From Verrucomicrobiales bacterium (GTDB lineage Bacteria; Verrucomicrobiota; Verrucomicrobiia; Methylacidiphilales; JAAUTS01): a DNA stretch of 64,000 bases. The position numbers were made by a program, and so were the translations under genes. The notes beneath the pieces were generated by a model. It ran no database searches. It was given only the letters and a program-made list of their open reading frames with translations, and was not told where the DNA came from. Location of the stretch: NCBI GenBank assembly GCA_031256975.1, contig JAIRPN010000014.1, positions 30,957 to 94,956 of the forward strand, written 5' to 3'. Positions 30,600 through 39,914 of this stretch are shown piece after piece. Numbering within the stretch: position 1 is the stretch's first letter; the number at the start of each line of letters is the position of its first letter.

Positions 30600-31586
30600 A
30601 TGAAATTCAGGGGATTGTGTTTATTTGGCGTGTTATTTGTGTGGTTCGCATGGCTGATGACGGAATGTTTTGCGCAGGAAAATTATCCGGCGGCAGTGGA
30701 AAATATACCGAGGCAGATGACTTTGCGTCCGATGACGGATGATGGCGGCCAAGCCTCACAGAAATCCCCGTGGTCGTATGCCAGTCAAAATGTGCTGCTG
30801 GATTATTCCTATGTCGGCGGGTCGCGGGTCAAGAACGGTGACAAAGATTTGGGCAATGGTCTGGACGAACAGGTGTTCAAGTTTGATTACCAGTTTGGCA
30901 TTCCGCTGAGCAAGGAACTGTTTTTGCAGCTTTCGGCGGGTTACCATCGCTTTGATTTTGGTTTCACCACGGGTTCGTTGACGCCGCAAAATTTGCAGTC
31001 GGTAAATATGGGCCTCGGGCTTGGTTATAATGTCGATGAAAAATGGTCGGTGCTGGCCAGTTTCTCCCCGCAAATCCAGCAGGTGAATGACTGGGAAGAT
31101 TCGCCGTACGTGAATTTTATCGGCGCCCTCGTGGCGACTTACAAGTGGAACCGGGATTTGACCGTGGTGTTTGGCTTGACGATCGTGCCGGACAACACCA
31201 TAGACGTCCCGGTGCTGCCGCTGGCCGGGGTACGCTGGGCTTTTGCGGACAAATGGACTCTGCAGGTTGGCGTGCCGCAGACTTCGATTAAGTATGCGTT
31301 GACCGACAAGCTGAATTTATGGAGTCAGGCGTCGGTTGATGGAGGCACGTTCCGTACCGGTGACGATTACGGCGACGCAGCAGGAAGGCCGGACTTGAAT
31401 CGTCGCAAGGTGAGTTACACCGAGGTGCGGGTTGGCGTTGGTGCGGATTACGAATTGTACCAAGGCATTGTTTTGACAGGTGAAGTCGGCTCGGCGGTGT
31501 ACCGCGAATTTGAATTTAAGGACAAGGATAAGCTGAAAACTGACCCGGCATTGCTGGCGGAGCTTGGGTTAAAATTCAAATTCTGA
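30600..31586 (+). CDS. Hypothetical outer-membrane beta-barrel protein
   Basis: 328 aa with a signal peptide (…TECFAQE), alternating amphipathic strands and a C-terminal ...LGLKFKF beta-signal. Divergent from the LysR gene. Confidence 0.5.
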   Translation: MKFRGLCLFGVLFVWFAWLMTECFAQENYPAAVENIPRQMTLRPMTDDGGQASQKSPWSYASQNVLLDYSYVGGSRVKNGDKDLGNGLDEQVFKFDYQFGIPLSKELFLQLSAGYHRFDFGFTTGSLTPQNLQSVNMGLGLGYNVDEKWSVLASFSPQIQQVNDWEDSPYVNFIGALVATYKWNRDLTVVFGLTIVPDNTIDVPVLPLAGVRWAFADKWTLQVGVPQTSIKYALTDKLNLWSQASVDGGTFRTGDDYGDAAGRPDLNRRKVSYTEVRVGVGADYELYQGIVLTGEVGSAVYREFEFKDKDKLKTDPALLAELGLKFKF

Positions 31587-31721
31587 GGTGTCCTGTCAGG
31601 AATTGTTGCCTGTTATAGTTCACTGATTGCAGCGCTGTGGTTTAAGAAAATCTAAGAGTAATTATATTTTATGGAATAAATTGACTGGAAACTAAAAATA
31701 CTTTATAAGTTTCCTGAGTAT

Positions 31722-32306
31722 ATGAAAGAGGAGGTACTGGACAAAATCGTGGAAACGGCGGGCGACTTGTTTCGCCGGCAAGGTTATGCTTCCGTGCGCA
31801 TGGAGGACATTGCGCGGGAGCTGGGCATGTCCAAGAAGACGCTTTACCAGCATGTGGATTCAAAGGAGGCGCTGTTGCAGGTTATTTGCGACAGGATGCA
31901 CAGGGAATTTGAACAGCATTCGACGGAAGTGCTGAAAAGTACCAAGCTGTCGCTGGAGGAAAAAATTTTCCTGCATACTGAATTTTGCAGTGCGAAATTG
32001 AACCGGTTGCACCCGGCTTTTTTTCACGATGTCAAACGCCATGCGCCAAAGATTGACCAATGGCTGATGGAACTGCGTTACGAGGGGGTGACCGATACGA
32101 TTTCCACCTTGCTGGAACAGGGCAGAAAAGAAGGATTGGTGCGCAAGGATGTTTCCATGAAGTTGATGATTGAGTCGTTTCGCGTGGTGGTGCTGCAGGT
32201 ATTGCAACCGGAGTCGCTGGAGAGTGTCGATTTGACGGCATCGCAGGCCAACCGCCAGATCATGGAATTGTTTTTTAACGGGATTTTGATCCGACGGAAA
32301 AATTGA
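31722..32306 (+). CDS. TetR/AcrR-family transcriptional regulator
   Basis: 194 aa. N-terminal HTH FRRQGYASVRMEDIARELGMSKKTLYQHV. Located upstream of the TolC-MFP-RND operon. Confidence 0.8.
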   Translation: MKEEVLDKIVETAGDLFRRQGYASVRMEDIARELGMSKKTLYQHVDSKEALLQVICDRMHREFEQHSTEVLKSTKLSLEEKIFLHTEFCSAKLNRLHPAFFHDVKRHAPKIDQWLMELRYEGVTDTISTLLEQGRKEGLVRKDVSMKLMIESFRVVVLQVLQPESLESVDLTASQANRQIMELFFNGILIRRKN

Positions 32307-32473
32307 GGATAACAGGACCGGAGTGTCAAAGAGCTGAATTATTAAGCGGATCGAAGGACTTTTTACATATTTTTATTTTATAATTGCGGGAGTGCGGGGA
32401 GGCCTCTACTTTTTAAGACTCGTTCTATATACGCAAATTTAGTTAATGATATTAAGAGTTTGTCGGATAAGCT

Positions 32474-33970
32474 ATGCAAATTAAGAACTACATGCTGATT
32501 TTTGCGACGGTTGGCGCCGTGTCATGGGCGTATGCCGCGGAACCGGCATCCGGTCCGGTCCGGGTTGAGGAAGGGGTGGATCCCTCTTCCACGTCGACCA
32601 AATTGTTCACCAGCCAGGAAGCCGGGCTGCCGTCATCTGCCCGTGAGGTTAATGTGACCGCCCCGTTTGACGACGCCAATCACGCCTGGACCTTGCCGGA
32701 ACTGGTGGACGAGGCGTTGAAACGCAACCCGCAGACCACGCAAGCCTGGCAACAGGCCAATTCGCTGGCCGCGCAACTTGGCGTGCAAAAGGCGCAGAAT
32801 TACCCGACCATTAGCGTGGGCGCCGAAGGCGGGGCTTCGCATACCACGCAACCCACCGCGGACAGCAGAAACACGAGCAACCAGTTGTTCATCGGTCCGA
32901 CTGTGCAGATGCAGTACCTGTTGCTGGACTTTGGTTCACGCAAGGCCGGGCAGGAGCAGGCGCGTTTCAACCTGATCAGCCAGAATTTCAATTTCAACAA
33001 GACCCTGCAGAACGTGACGCTAAACGTCATGAACAGTTATTACAATCTGGACGGCGCCAATGTCCGGCTGGAAAACGCGGAAACCGCCTTGCAGTTGGCG
33101 GATGCGGTTTACCAGCAAACAGTTATCAAGGTGCGTGCCGGCCTGGCGACCTCGACTGATTTGGCGCAAGCCCAGCAGAGTGTCGAGCAATACCGCTATA
33201 ATCTGGAAGGCGCCCGTGGCAATGTCAGTACCGCGCAGGTGACGCTGGCGACCAATCTGGGGATTCCGGGCAATGCGCCGCTGAAAATCGCGGCGCCGAC
33301 TAGTCTGCCGTCGCTGGAAGTGTTGTCGGTGCAGGTTGACAAACTGATCGACATGGCATTCCGGCAGCGCCCGGATTTGGCGGCAAAGTATAATTCCTGG
33401 CGTTCCCAACTGGCCTCGGTGGACTTGGCCGAGGCGAATCGCTGGCCGGCGTTGAACATGAACGTCGGGTTGCAGCGTGATTATTATCTCACCGACCAAT
33501 CGGCGCCGAATGGTGTCGACCATCAGGACAATGCCTCGGCGGTGTTGTCGTTCAGTTTCGACCTGTTCGACGGCGGCAGCAAGTCCTACCAAATCAAGAG
33601 CGCCAAGGCGCTGGCCGAGGCGGCCAAGGCCGATTTGCTGAACAGCCAGTTGGGCGTGATTTCGGATGTGGTAACCAATTACGTGGCGTTCAAGACCGCC
33701 GCCAAGCAGGTGGATGCGGCGCAGGCTTTGCTCGTTGCTTCGCAAAACAGCTTTGATTCGACCAATATCAGCTATCGCAACGGCCTGAAAAACATGATCG
33801 ATGTGCTGACCGCGCAAAACAGCCTGACCTTGGCGCGCGCGACACTGGCTTCGGCACGGACGGATTTGTTCAATGCGTCGGCAAACCTGTCGAATGCCAC
33901 GGGCTCGCTGCTGGCGGACGGCTCCAGTATCGCAATATCCAATCCTCCCCCGGCGGAGGCGAAACCATGA
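32474..33970 (+). CDS. TolC-family outer-membrane efflux protein
   Basis: 498 aa with a signal peptide and duplicated OMF repeat. Its stop overlaps the next ATG (ATGA). Confidence 0.8.
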   Translation: MQIKNYMLIFATVGAVSWAYAAEPASGPVRVEEGVDPSSTSTKLFTSQEAGLPSSAREVNVTAPFDDANHAWTLPELVDEALKRNPQTTQAWQQANSLAAQLGVQKAQNYPTISVGAEGGASHTTQPTADSRNTSNQLFIGPTVQMQYLLLDFGSRKAGQEQARFNLISQNFNFNKTLQNVTLNVMNSYYNLDGANVRLENAETALQLADAVYQQTVIKVRAGLATSTDLAQAQQSVEQYRYNLEGARGNVSTAQVTLATNLGIPGNAPLKIAAPTSLPSLEVLSVQVDKLIDMAFRQRPDLAAKYNSWRSQLASVDLAEANRWPALNMNVGLQRDYYLTDQSAPNGVDHQDNASAVLSFSFDLFDGGSKSYQIKSAKALAEAAKADLLNSQLGVISDVVTNYVAFKTAAKQVDAAQALLVASQNSFDSTNISYRNGLKNMIDVLTAQNSLTLARATLASARTDLFNASANLSNATGSLLADGSSIAISNPPPAEAKP

Positions 33971-35142
33971 TCACGAAAGACTTTATGCAAACCCAGAAAC
34001 CACATTTTGTATCCTGCGCGATTTTATTGGGGACCGTTTTGATGGTCGGTGCGTGCAGCAAAAAACAGGAGGCGCCGATGCAGCGCCCGCCGGTGCTGGT
34101 TAGCGTCGCCAAGGCAGTGGGGCAGAACGTGCCGCTGTATATCGAGGAAATCGGCACCTGCCAGGCCTTGCAAAGCGTGTTGATCACTCCCCAGGTGTCG
34201 GGCCCGGTGACGGAGATTCATTTCAAGGACGGCCAGGAAGTCAAGACCGGCGACCCGTTGTTTACCATTGACCCGCGCCCGTACGAAGCGGCGGTGCAGA
34301 AGGCCGAGGCGCAATTGCTTTCGGACAAGGCCACGCTTGCCTACAACCAGGAGCAACTGAAGCGCAACGAAAGCTTGGTGGAGGGTAATTACATTTCCGC
34401 GCAGGACTTGGAAAACCTGAAGACCACCGTGGAGGTCAACAAAGCCACCGTGAAAGCCGACGAAGCGGCACTGGAAACCGCCAAGATCAACCTCGGCTAC
34501 TGCAAGATCAGTGCTCCGATTGACGGCAAGACCGGGGCGCACCAGGTGGACATCGGCAACGTGGTGACCGCTTACAGCAACGCGACGATGGTGTCGATCC
34601 AGCGCATGGACCCGATGTATGTGGATTTCATCGTGGCGGAAATCGACCTGCCCCGGGTGCGCGAATATTTCAAGAACGGCACGCTAAAGGTGAAGGTGTT
34701 TTTCCCGGACGACGAGAACAAGAGCCGCTATGGCGATTTGTACTTCCTCGATAACAATGTGCGGGCGGGCACCGGCACGGTGATGTTACGTGCCGTTATG
34801 CCGAACGAGGACCGCCTGTTCTGGCCGGGACAATTCGTCAAGGTCAAGCTGGTGCTGCAGGAACTGCCCGATGCCGTGTTGATCCCGGCAAACGCGGTGC
34901 AGATCGGGCACAGCGGACCGTATGTGTTTGTGGTCAAGGACGACCAGACTGTGGACCTGCGTCTGGTGACCGAAGGCCAGCGACAGGGCGAACTGCTGGT
35001 GATCGAAAAGGGTGTCAACGCAGGGGAAACGGTGGTGCTGGACGGCCAGATGATGCTGGCGCCGGGCGCGAAGGTCCGTTTTGCCAGCGATCACCCGGCG
35101 GGCGCGCAAGCCCCGGCCCAGCCCGCTGGAGACAAACATTAA
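33967..35142 (+). CDS. RND efflux periplasmic adaptor (AcrA/MdtA family)
   Basis: 391 aa with lipobox-like LMVGACS, a coiled-coil hairpin and barrel-sandwich/beta-barrel motifs (ISAPIDGKTG, PANAVQ). Confidence 0.85.
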   Translation: MITKDFMQTQKPHFVSCAILLGTVLMVGACSKKQEAPMQRPPVLVSVAKAVGQNVPLYIEEIGTCQALQSVLITPQVSGPVTEIHFKDGQEVKTGDPLFTIDPRPYEAAVQKAEAQLLSDKATLAYNQEQLKRNESLVEGNYISAQDLENLKTTVEVNKATVKADEAALETAKINLGYCKISAPIDGKTGAHQVDIGNVVTAYSNATMVSIQRMDPMYVDFIVAEIDLPRVREYFKNGTLKVKVFFPDDENKSRYGDLYFLDNNVRAGTGTVMLRAVMPNEDRLFWPGQFVKVKLVLQELPDAVLIPANAVQIGHSGPYVFVVKDDQTVDLRLVTEGQRQGELLVIEKGVNAGETVVLDGQMMLAPGAKVRFASDHPAGAQAPAQPAGDKH

Positions 35143-35157
35143 ACCAAGATTGTCGGC

Positions 35158-38100
35158 ATGAGCAGCATATCAGAACCTTTTATCCGGCGACCGGTGTTTA
35201 CCATGATGGTGACGGTTAGCGTCATCGTCTTTGGCATTATCTGCTACCAGCGGATGCCGGTGAATGACCTGCCGGAAATCCCGTCGCCGGTCATCAATGT
35301 CAACGTTAGTTATCCGGGCGCCAGCCCGGTGACGATGGCAAATAATGTTGCCACGCCATTGGAAAAACAGTTTTTGCAGATTCCCGGCATCAAGCAGATC
35401 ACCTCGTCAAGCACGCAGGGGTCGACCACGATGAACTTGGAATTCCAATTGACCAAGAGCATCGATGCCGCCGCGACCGACGTGCAGACCGCGATCACTC
35501 AGGCCACCGGCAATTTGCCGGTCGACTTGCCGTCGCCGCCGACCTTCAAGAAAACCAACCCCAACGACCAGCCGATTATTTATATCGCGCTGAGCAGCCA
35601 GACCCTGACCAATGGCCAGCTGTACGAACTGGCTTCCACCAATATCGGCCAGCGCATCAGCATCCTGGACGGTGTGTCGCAGGTTCAGGTATTCGCGTCA
35701 GCCCCGGCCGTGCGCGTGAAGGTGGATCCTGCCGTGGTTAGCGCCCGTGGCCTGTCGATGCAGGATGTGGCCAACGCGATCAAGAACGCCACGCAATACC
35801 AGGGCGCGGGACAGTTTGACGGCAAGTCCCGCACCTACCTGTTGTCGCCGCAGGGCCAGTTAGTGGATGCCGAGGATTACGCCAACCTGATCATCGGTTA
35901 CGCGGACGGGCATGCGATTTATCTGCGCGACGTGGCGGAGATCAAGTCGTCCACCAACAATGAGCGTATTTCCGCCAAGTTCTATTATTCCGGCAACCTG
36001 CCCAACAGTGAAACAGTGGTGCTGGCGATTTCCAAACAATCCGACGCCAACGCCGTGGCGGTCGCCAAGGAAGTGCGCAATATTCTGCCGCAGATGAAAA
36101 TGTTGCTGCCGGGTTCGGCGACCATGTTCATCATCCACGACCGCTCGGAGACGATCATCGAATCCCTGCACGAGGTGATGGAAACCCTGTTCATCGCGTT
36201 CGTGCTGGTGGTGGTGGTGATCTACGTGTTCCTGGGCCGGGCCGGGGATACCATTGTGCCGACCGTGGCGCTGCCCATCTCGCTGTTGATGACCTTTATC
36301 GCCATGAATTTGCTCGGTTACAGCATCGACAACCTTTCGCTGTTGGCGCTAGTGCTGGCGATCGGATTCCTGGTCGACGACGCGATTGTGTTCCTTGAGA
36401 ATACCGTGCGGCGAATGGAGGGGGGCGAAAGCGTGATGACCGCGACTTTCAACAGCGCCAAGGAAATCAGCTTCACGATTTTGTCGATGACCCTGTCCCT
36501 GGCGGCGGTGTTCATTCCGCTGGTGTTCATGCCGGGACAGGTGGGATTGATTTTCCGCGAGTTCGGCATGACCATCATCATTACCGTGATCTGTTCCGGC
36601 CTGGTGTCGCTAACGCTGACGCCGTTGATGTGTTCCCGTGTGCTTGGCGCGCGTGGCGGGCATGAGGAAAAGAAAACCTTCATGCAGCGTTTCATGGACA
36701 AATATTTCGGCGGACTGACCCGCATGTACGGCAATTCGCTGGATTTCTTTTTGCATCACACCTGGATTTCCATCCTGGTGTGGATTGTCTGCGCGGTCGG
36801 TTCGGTCTATATCTTCATGCATTTGCCAAGGACCTTTTTGCCGTCGGGTGACAGCGGCTTTATCCGTGGCGTGTTTGTGGCTTCGCAGGACGCCTCGCCG
36901 GAAAAGATGCAGTCATACCAAAAGAAAGTATTGGATATCCTCGGCAAGAATCCGAACATCAACGTCGGGGTTACCGTTACCGGTGTTACCGGGTTCCTGC
37001 CGTCCAACCTGGGCGGCACCTTCCTGTTCCTTAAGGATCGCGGAGAGCGCATCCCGATCAACGGCAGTCACAAGGAGCCGACCATCAATGACGTGATCAA
37101 TCAGTTGAGCGGCGAATTGATGCAGGTTCCCGGCATCCTGCCGCTGTTGCAGGCCGAGCCCGTGCTCAAGATCAGCGCAGGCGCCACCGCCAATACGCAG
37201 GGTAAATACGCCTTTGCCATGTCCGGTCTTGATCCTGAACAGTTGTATACCACGGCAGGCACAATGATCGCCAAGATGATGGCCATTCCCGGCATGGCAT
37301 CGGTATCGTCGGACATGAATTTGAATTTCCCGCAACTGCAGATCGACATCATGCGCGACCGTGCCATGACCTACGGCGTCAGTGTGGAAGACATTGAAAC
37401 CGTGTTGCGCAACGCATATTCGCAGAATTATTTGTACCTGATCAAAACCGAGCGCGACCAATACCAGTTGATCATGGAAGTGGACGACAAGTATCGTGCA
37501 AAACCCGAGGATTTGGGCCTGCTTTATGTAAAATCCACCAGCGGCGCGCTGGTTCCCTTGAACGCGGTGGCGCAGTGGAAGCAACTGCTTGGCCCGCAGC
37601 AGGTGAACCACATTGACCAGTTTACTTCCGTCACCATTTTCTTCAACCTGAAGGACAATGTCGCGATCGGCACCGTGGCCGATGAGATCAACCAGATCGC
37701 ACGTGACACCATCCCGCAGGGAATTATTTACGGCCTCAAGGGTGACGCGGATATTTTTGCGCAATTGTTCGAGGTGTTTCCCTATCTGTTGGTTTTCTCA
37801 GTGTTCATCATGTACGTGATCCTGGGCATTTTGTACGAAAGCTACTTGCATCCGTTGACGGTGCTGAGCACCCTGGTGCCGGCCACGGTCGGCGGCCTGG
37901 CGACCCTGTGGGTTTTTGGACAGGATTTTTCGCTTTATTCGATGATCGGCATCTTCATGTTGATCGGCATCGTGAAAAAGAACGGCATCCTGATTGTCGA
38001 CTTTGCCCTGCAGCAAATGGACACAGGCAAGAAACCACGCGAGGCGGTGGAGGAAGCCTGCCTGGAACGTTTCCGCCCGATTATCATGACCACCCTTGCG

Positions 38101-38370
38101 GCGGTGATGGGGGCCATTCCGTTGGCAATCGGCTGGGGCGCGGGCGGTGGTACCCGTGTCGGTTTGGGGCTGGCAATTATCGGCGGTTTGCTAGTGTCGC
38201 AGGTTTTGACCTTATACGTGACCCCGGTTTCATTCCTGCTGTTCGAGGCGATCCAGAAACATGTCCTGGACAAGACCTCGTTCTTCAAGTCATCGCGCAT
38301 TCCGGCCACCATGGTGCATATCCAGAAGACCGAGGAACCGACCGAGGCCGCCAGTACCAGCGGCGAATAA
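35158..38370 (+). CDS. Hydrophobe/amphiphile efflux (HAE1, AcrB/MdtB/C-like) RND permease
   Basis: 1070 aa with 12 TM helices and two large periplasmic loops. N-terminal FIRRPVFTMMV and LALVLAIGFLVDDAIVFLEN motifs. Confidence 0.9.
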   Translation: MSSISEPFIRRPVFTMMVTVSVIVFGIICYQRMPVNDLPEIPSPVINVNVSYPGASPVTMANNVATPLEKQFLQIPGIKQITSSSTQGSTTMNLEFQLTKSIDAAATDVQTAITQATGNLPVDLPSPPTFKKTNPNDQPIIYIALSSQTLTNGQLYELASTNIGQRISILDGVSQVQVFASAPAVRVKVDPAVVSARGLSMQDVANAIKNATQYQGAGQFDGKSRTYLLSPQGQLVDAEDYANLIIGYADGHAIYLRDVAEIKSSTNNERISAKFYYSGNLPNSETVVLAISKQSDANAVAVAKEVRNILPQMKMLLPGSATMFIIHDRSETIIESLHEVMETLFIAFVLVVVVIYVFLGRAGDTIVPTVALPISLLMTFIAMNLLGYSIDNLSLLALVLAIGFLVDDAIVFLENTVRRMEGGESVMTATFNSAKEISFTILSMTLSLAAVFIPLVFMPGQVGLIFREFGMTIIITVICSGLVSLTLTPLMCSRVLGARGGHEEKKTFMQRFMDKYFGGLTRMYGNSLDFFLHHTWISILVWIVCAVGSVYIFMHLPRTFLPSGDSGFIRGVFVASQDASPEKMQSYQKKVLDILGKNPNINVGVTVTGVTGFLPSNLGGTFLFLKDRGERIPINGSHKEPTINDVINQLSGELMQVPGILPLLQAEPVLKISAGATANTQGKYAFAMSGLDPEQLYTTAGTMIAKMMAIPGMASVSSDMNLNFPQLQIDIMRDRAMTYGVSVEDIETVLRNAYSQNYLYLIKTERDQYQLIMEVDDKYRAKPEDLGLLYVKSTSGALVPLNAVAQWKQLLGPQQVNHIDQFTSVTIFFNLKDNVAIGTVADEINQIARDTIPQGIIYGLKGDADIFAQLFEVFPYLLVFSVFIMYVILGILYESYLHPLTVLSTLVPATVGGLATLWVFGQDFSLYSMIGIFMLIGIVKKNGILIVDFALQQMDTGKKPREAVEEACLERFRPIIMTTLAAVMGAIPLAIGWGAGGGTRVGLGLAIIGGLLVSQVLTLYVTPVSFLLFEAIQKHVLDKTSFFKSSRIPATMVHIQKTEEPTEAASTSGE

Positions 38371-38445
38371 GCCGTTACATTTTTTTTACAATCCCATCAG
38401 ATTGTCCTGACACTTTGTGCCGCGAAATGGTTCACCATTGGCGGC

Positions 38446-39765
38446 ATGAAAACCCTGTTGAGTTTGATTACCTTGCTGGCGTTCGCCGTTAGCGGCCGGG
38501 CGGAAACTGAAACGCTGACGATCAAAGCCGTTCCAGAGCGCGACTATGTGTTGCGGGCGGATGGCCGGGAGATTGTGGTTAGCGTTGATCTGGATGGAGC
38601 GGCGTTGAAAAACCGGAAATCCGGGGCGCCCCTGAATATCGCGGTCGTGCTCGACAAATCCGGGTCGATGGAGGGGGCAAAGTTGGAACAGGCCAAGCAG
38701 GCGGCCTGTGTACTGCTGGACCGGTTGACGTCACAGGATTACTTCTCGCTGGTGATTTTCGACAGTTCGGTGTCGGTGCTGGTTCCGGCGCAGCGGGTGG
38801 AAAACAAGGAGTTGATCCGCGATAAAATCATGTCAATCCGCGCGGGTTCTTCAACCGCCTTGTATGCGGGGGTGAAGGAAGGGGCGAAACAAATCCGCGA
38901 ATATGTCAGTTCGAACCGGATCAACCGGGTGATCTTGTTGTCGGACGGCATGGCCAATGTCGGTCCGGATTCACCGCAAGCCCTGGCCAAACTGGGACGG
39001 CAGCTGGCGAAGGAGAAAATCCGTGTGACCACCATCGGTCTCGGTGATGATTACAACGAGGATTTGATGATGGCACTGGCGGAAGCGGGCGAGGCGAATT
39101 ATTACTATGTCCGCGACACGGAAAAATTGCCCGGCATTTTCGCCAAGGAGCTGGGCTATTTGCAAAACGTCATCGCGCGGGATATCCGCATTATTATCCA
39201 ATTGCCCGCCAATGTGGAAGCGGTGGAAATCATCGGCCGTCCCGAGGTGAGGTTTGAGAAGAATTGCGCGACGTTGAGCCTGGGGGAATTCTACGCCGAG
39301 CAGCGCAAGAATTTCCTGGTTCGTTGCAAGATCGTCAAGGCCTCCAAGAATGATCAAATGGATGTCGCGAATGTGCAGGTCAATTACCGCGACGAGCAAT
39401 CGGCGTCGGAAAAACAGAGTTCGTCATTGGCGTCGGTCAAATTCACCAAGGACCAGGCCAAGGCCGACGGGAGCCTTAACACCGAGGTGAGCAAGCAGGT
39501 TGCTTGGTTCAACAATGTACAAGCACGCCAGCAGGCATTTGATTTGGCCGAACAGGGCAAGGCCAAGGAAGCGGCCCAGGTATTGCGCCAGCAGGCGGTT
39601 GCCAACGCCGCGTTGCCCGCCGCCGTGCAAAGTGAAAAGCTGATGAAGGACAATGCTTCCCTCAATGCCACGGCCAACACGCTGGAGGAAAAACAGAGTC
39701 TTGATAGTTCCAGCCGCAAGGCGTTCCAGTTCGATAACTACAATCTAAAAGAACAGAAACAGTAA
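38446..39765 (+). CDS. Secreted von Willebrand factor type A (VWA) domain protein
   Basis: 439 aa with a signal peptide. MIDAS motif VVLDKSGSM...T, with a downstream VILLSDGMAN and a long C-terminal extension. Confidence 0.75.
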   Translation: MKTLLSLITLLAFAVSGRAETETLTIKAVPERDYVLRADGREIVVSVDLDGAALKNRKSGAPLNIAVVLDKSGSMEGAKLEQAKQAACVLLDRLTSQDYFSLVIFDSSVSVLVPAQRVENKELIRDKIMSIRAGSSTALYAGVKEGAKQIREYVSSNRINRVILLSDGMANVGPDSPQALAKLGRQLAKEKIRVTTIGLGDDYNEDLMMALAEAGEANYYYVRDTEKLPGIFAKELGYLQNVIARDIRIIIQLPANVEAVEIIGRPEVRFEKNCATLSLGEFYAEQRKNFLVRCKIVKASKNDQMDVANVQVNYRDEQSASEKQSSSLASVKFTKDQAKADGSLNTEVSKQVAWFNNVQARQQAFDLAEQGKAKEAAQVLRQQAVANAALPAAVQSEKLMKDNASLNATANTLEEKQSLDSSSRKAFQFDNYNLKEQKQ

Positions 39766-39773
39766 TTGATGTT

Positions 39774-39850
39774 ACAGGAAGGACGTGGAGTTCATGGAGA
39801 ATCCGGTATTTATTCTCAACCAACCTCCATGTTCTCCATGAACTTCCTGT
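39774..39850. repeat. Imperfect 77-nt inverted repeat between the VWA gene and the kinase gene
   Basis: ACAGGAAG (39774-81) pairs with CTTCCTGT (39843-50), and TTCATGGAGAA (39791-801) pairs with TTCTCCATGAA (39832-42). There is a 9-nt bulge and a 30-nt loop, and no U-tract. Confidence 0.5.
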
Positions 39851-39914
39851 AAAAACATTGGTGTCCCTTCGTGCAAAGTTCGCGTTCTTCGTGTAAAACC
39901 GGACTTGGAATCTC

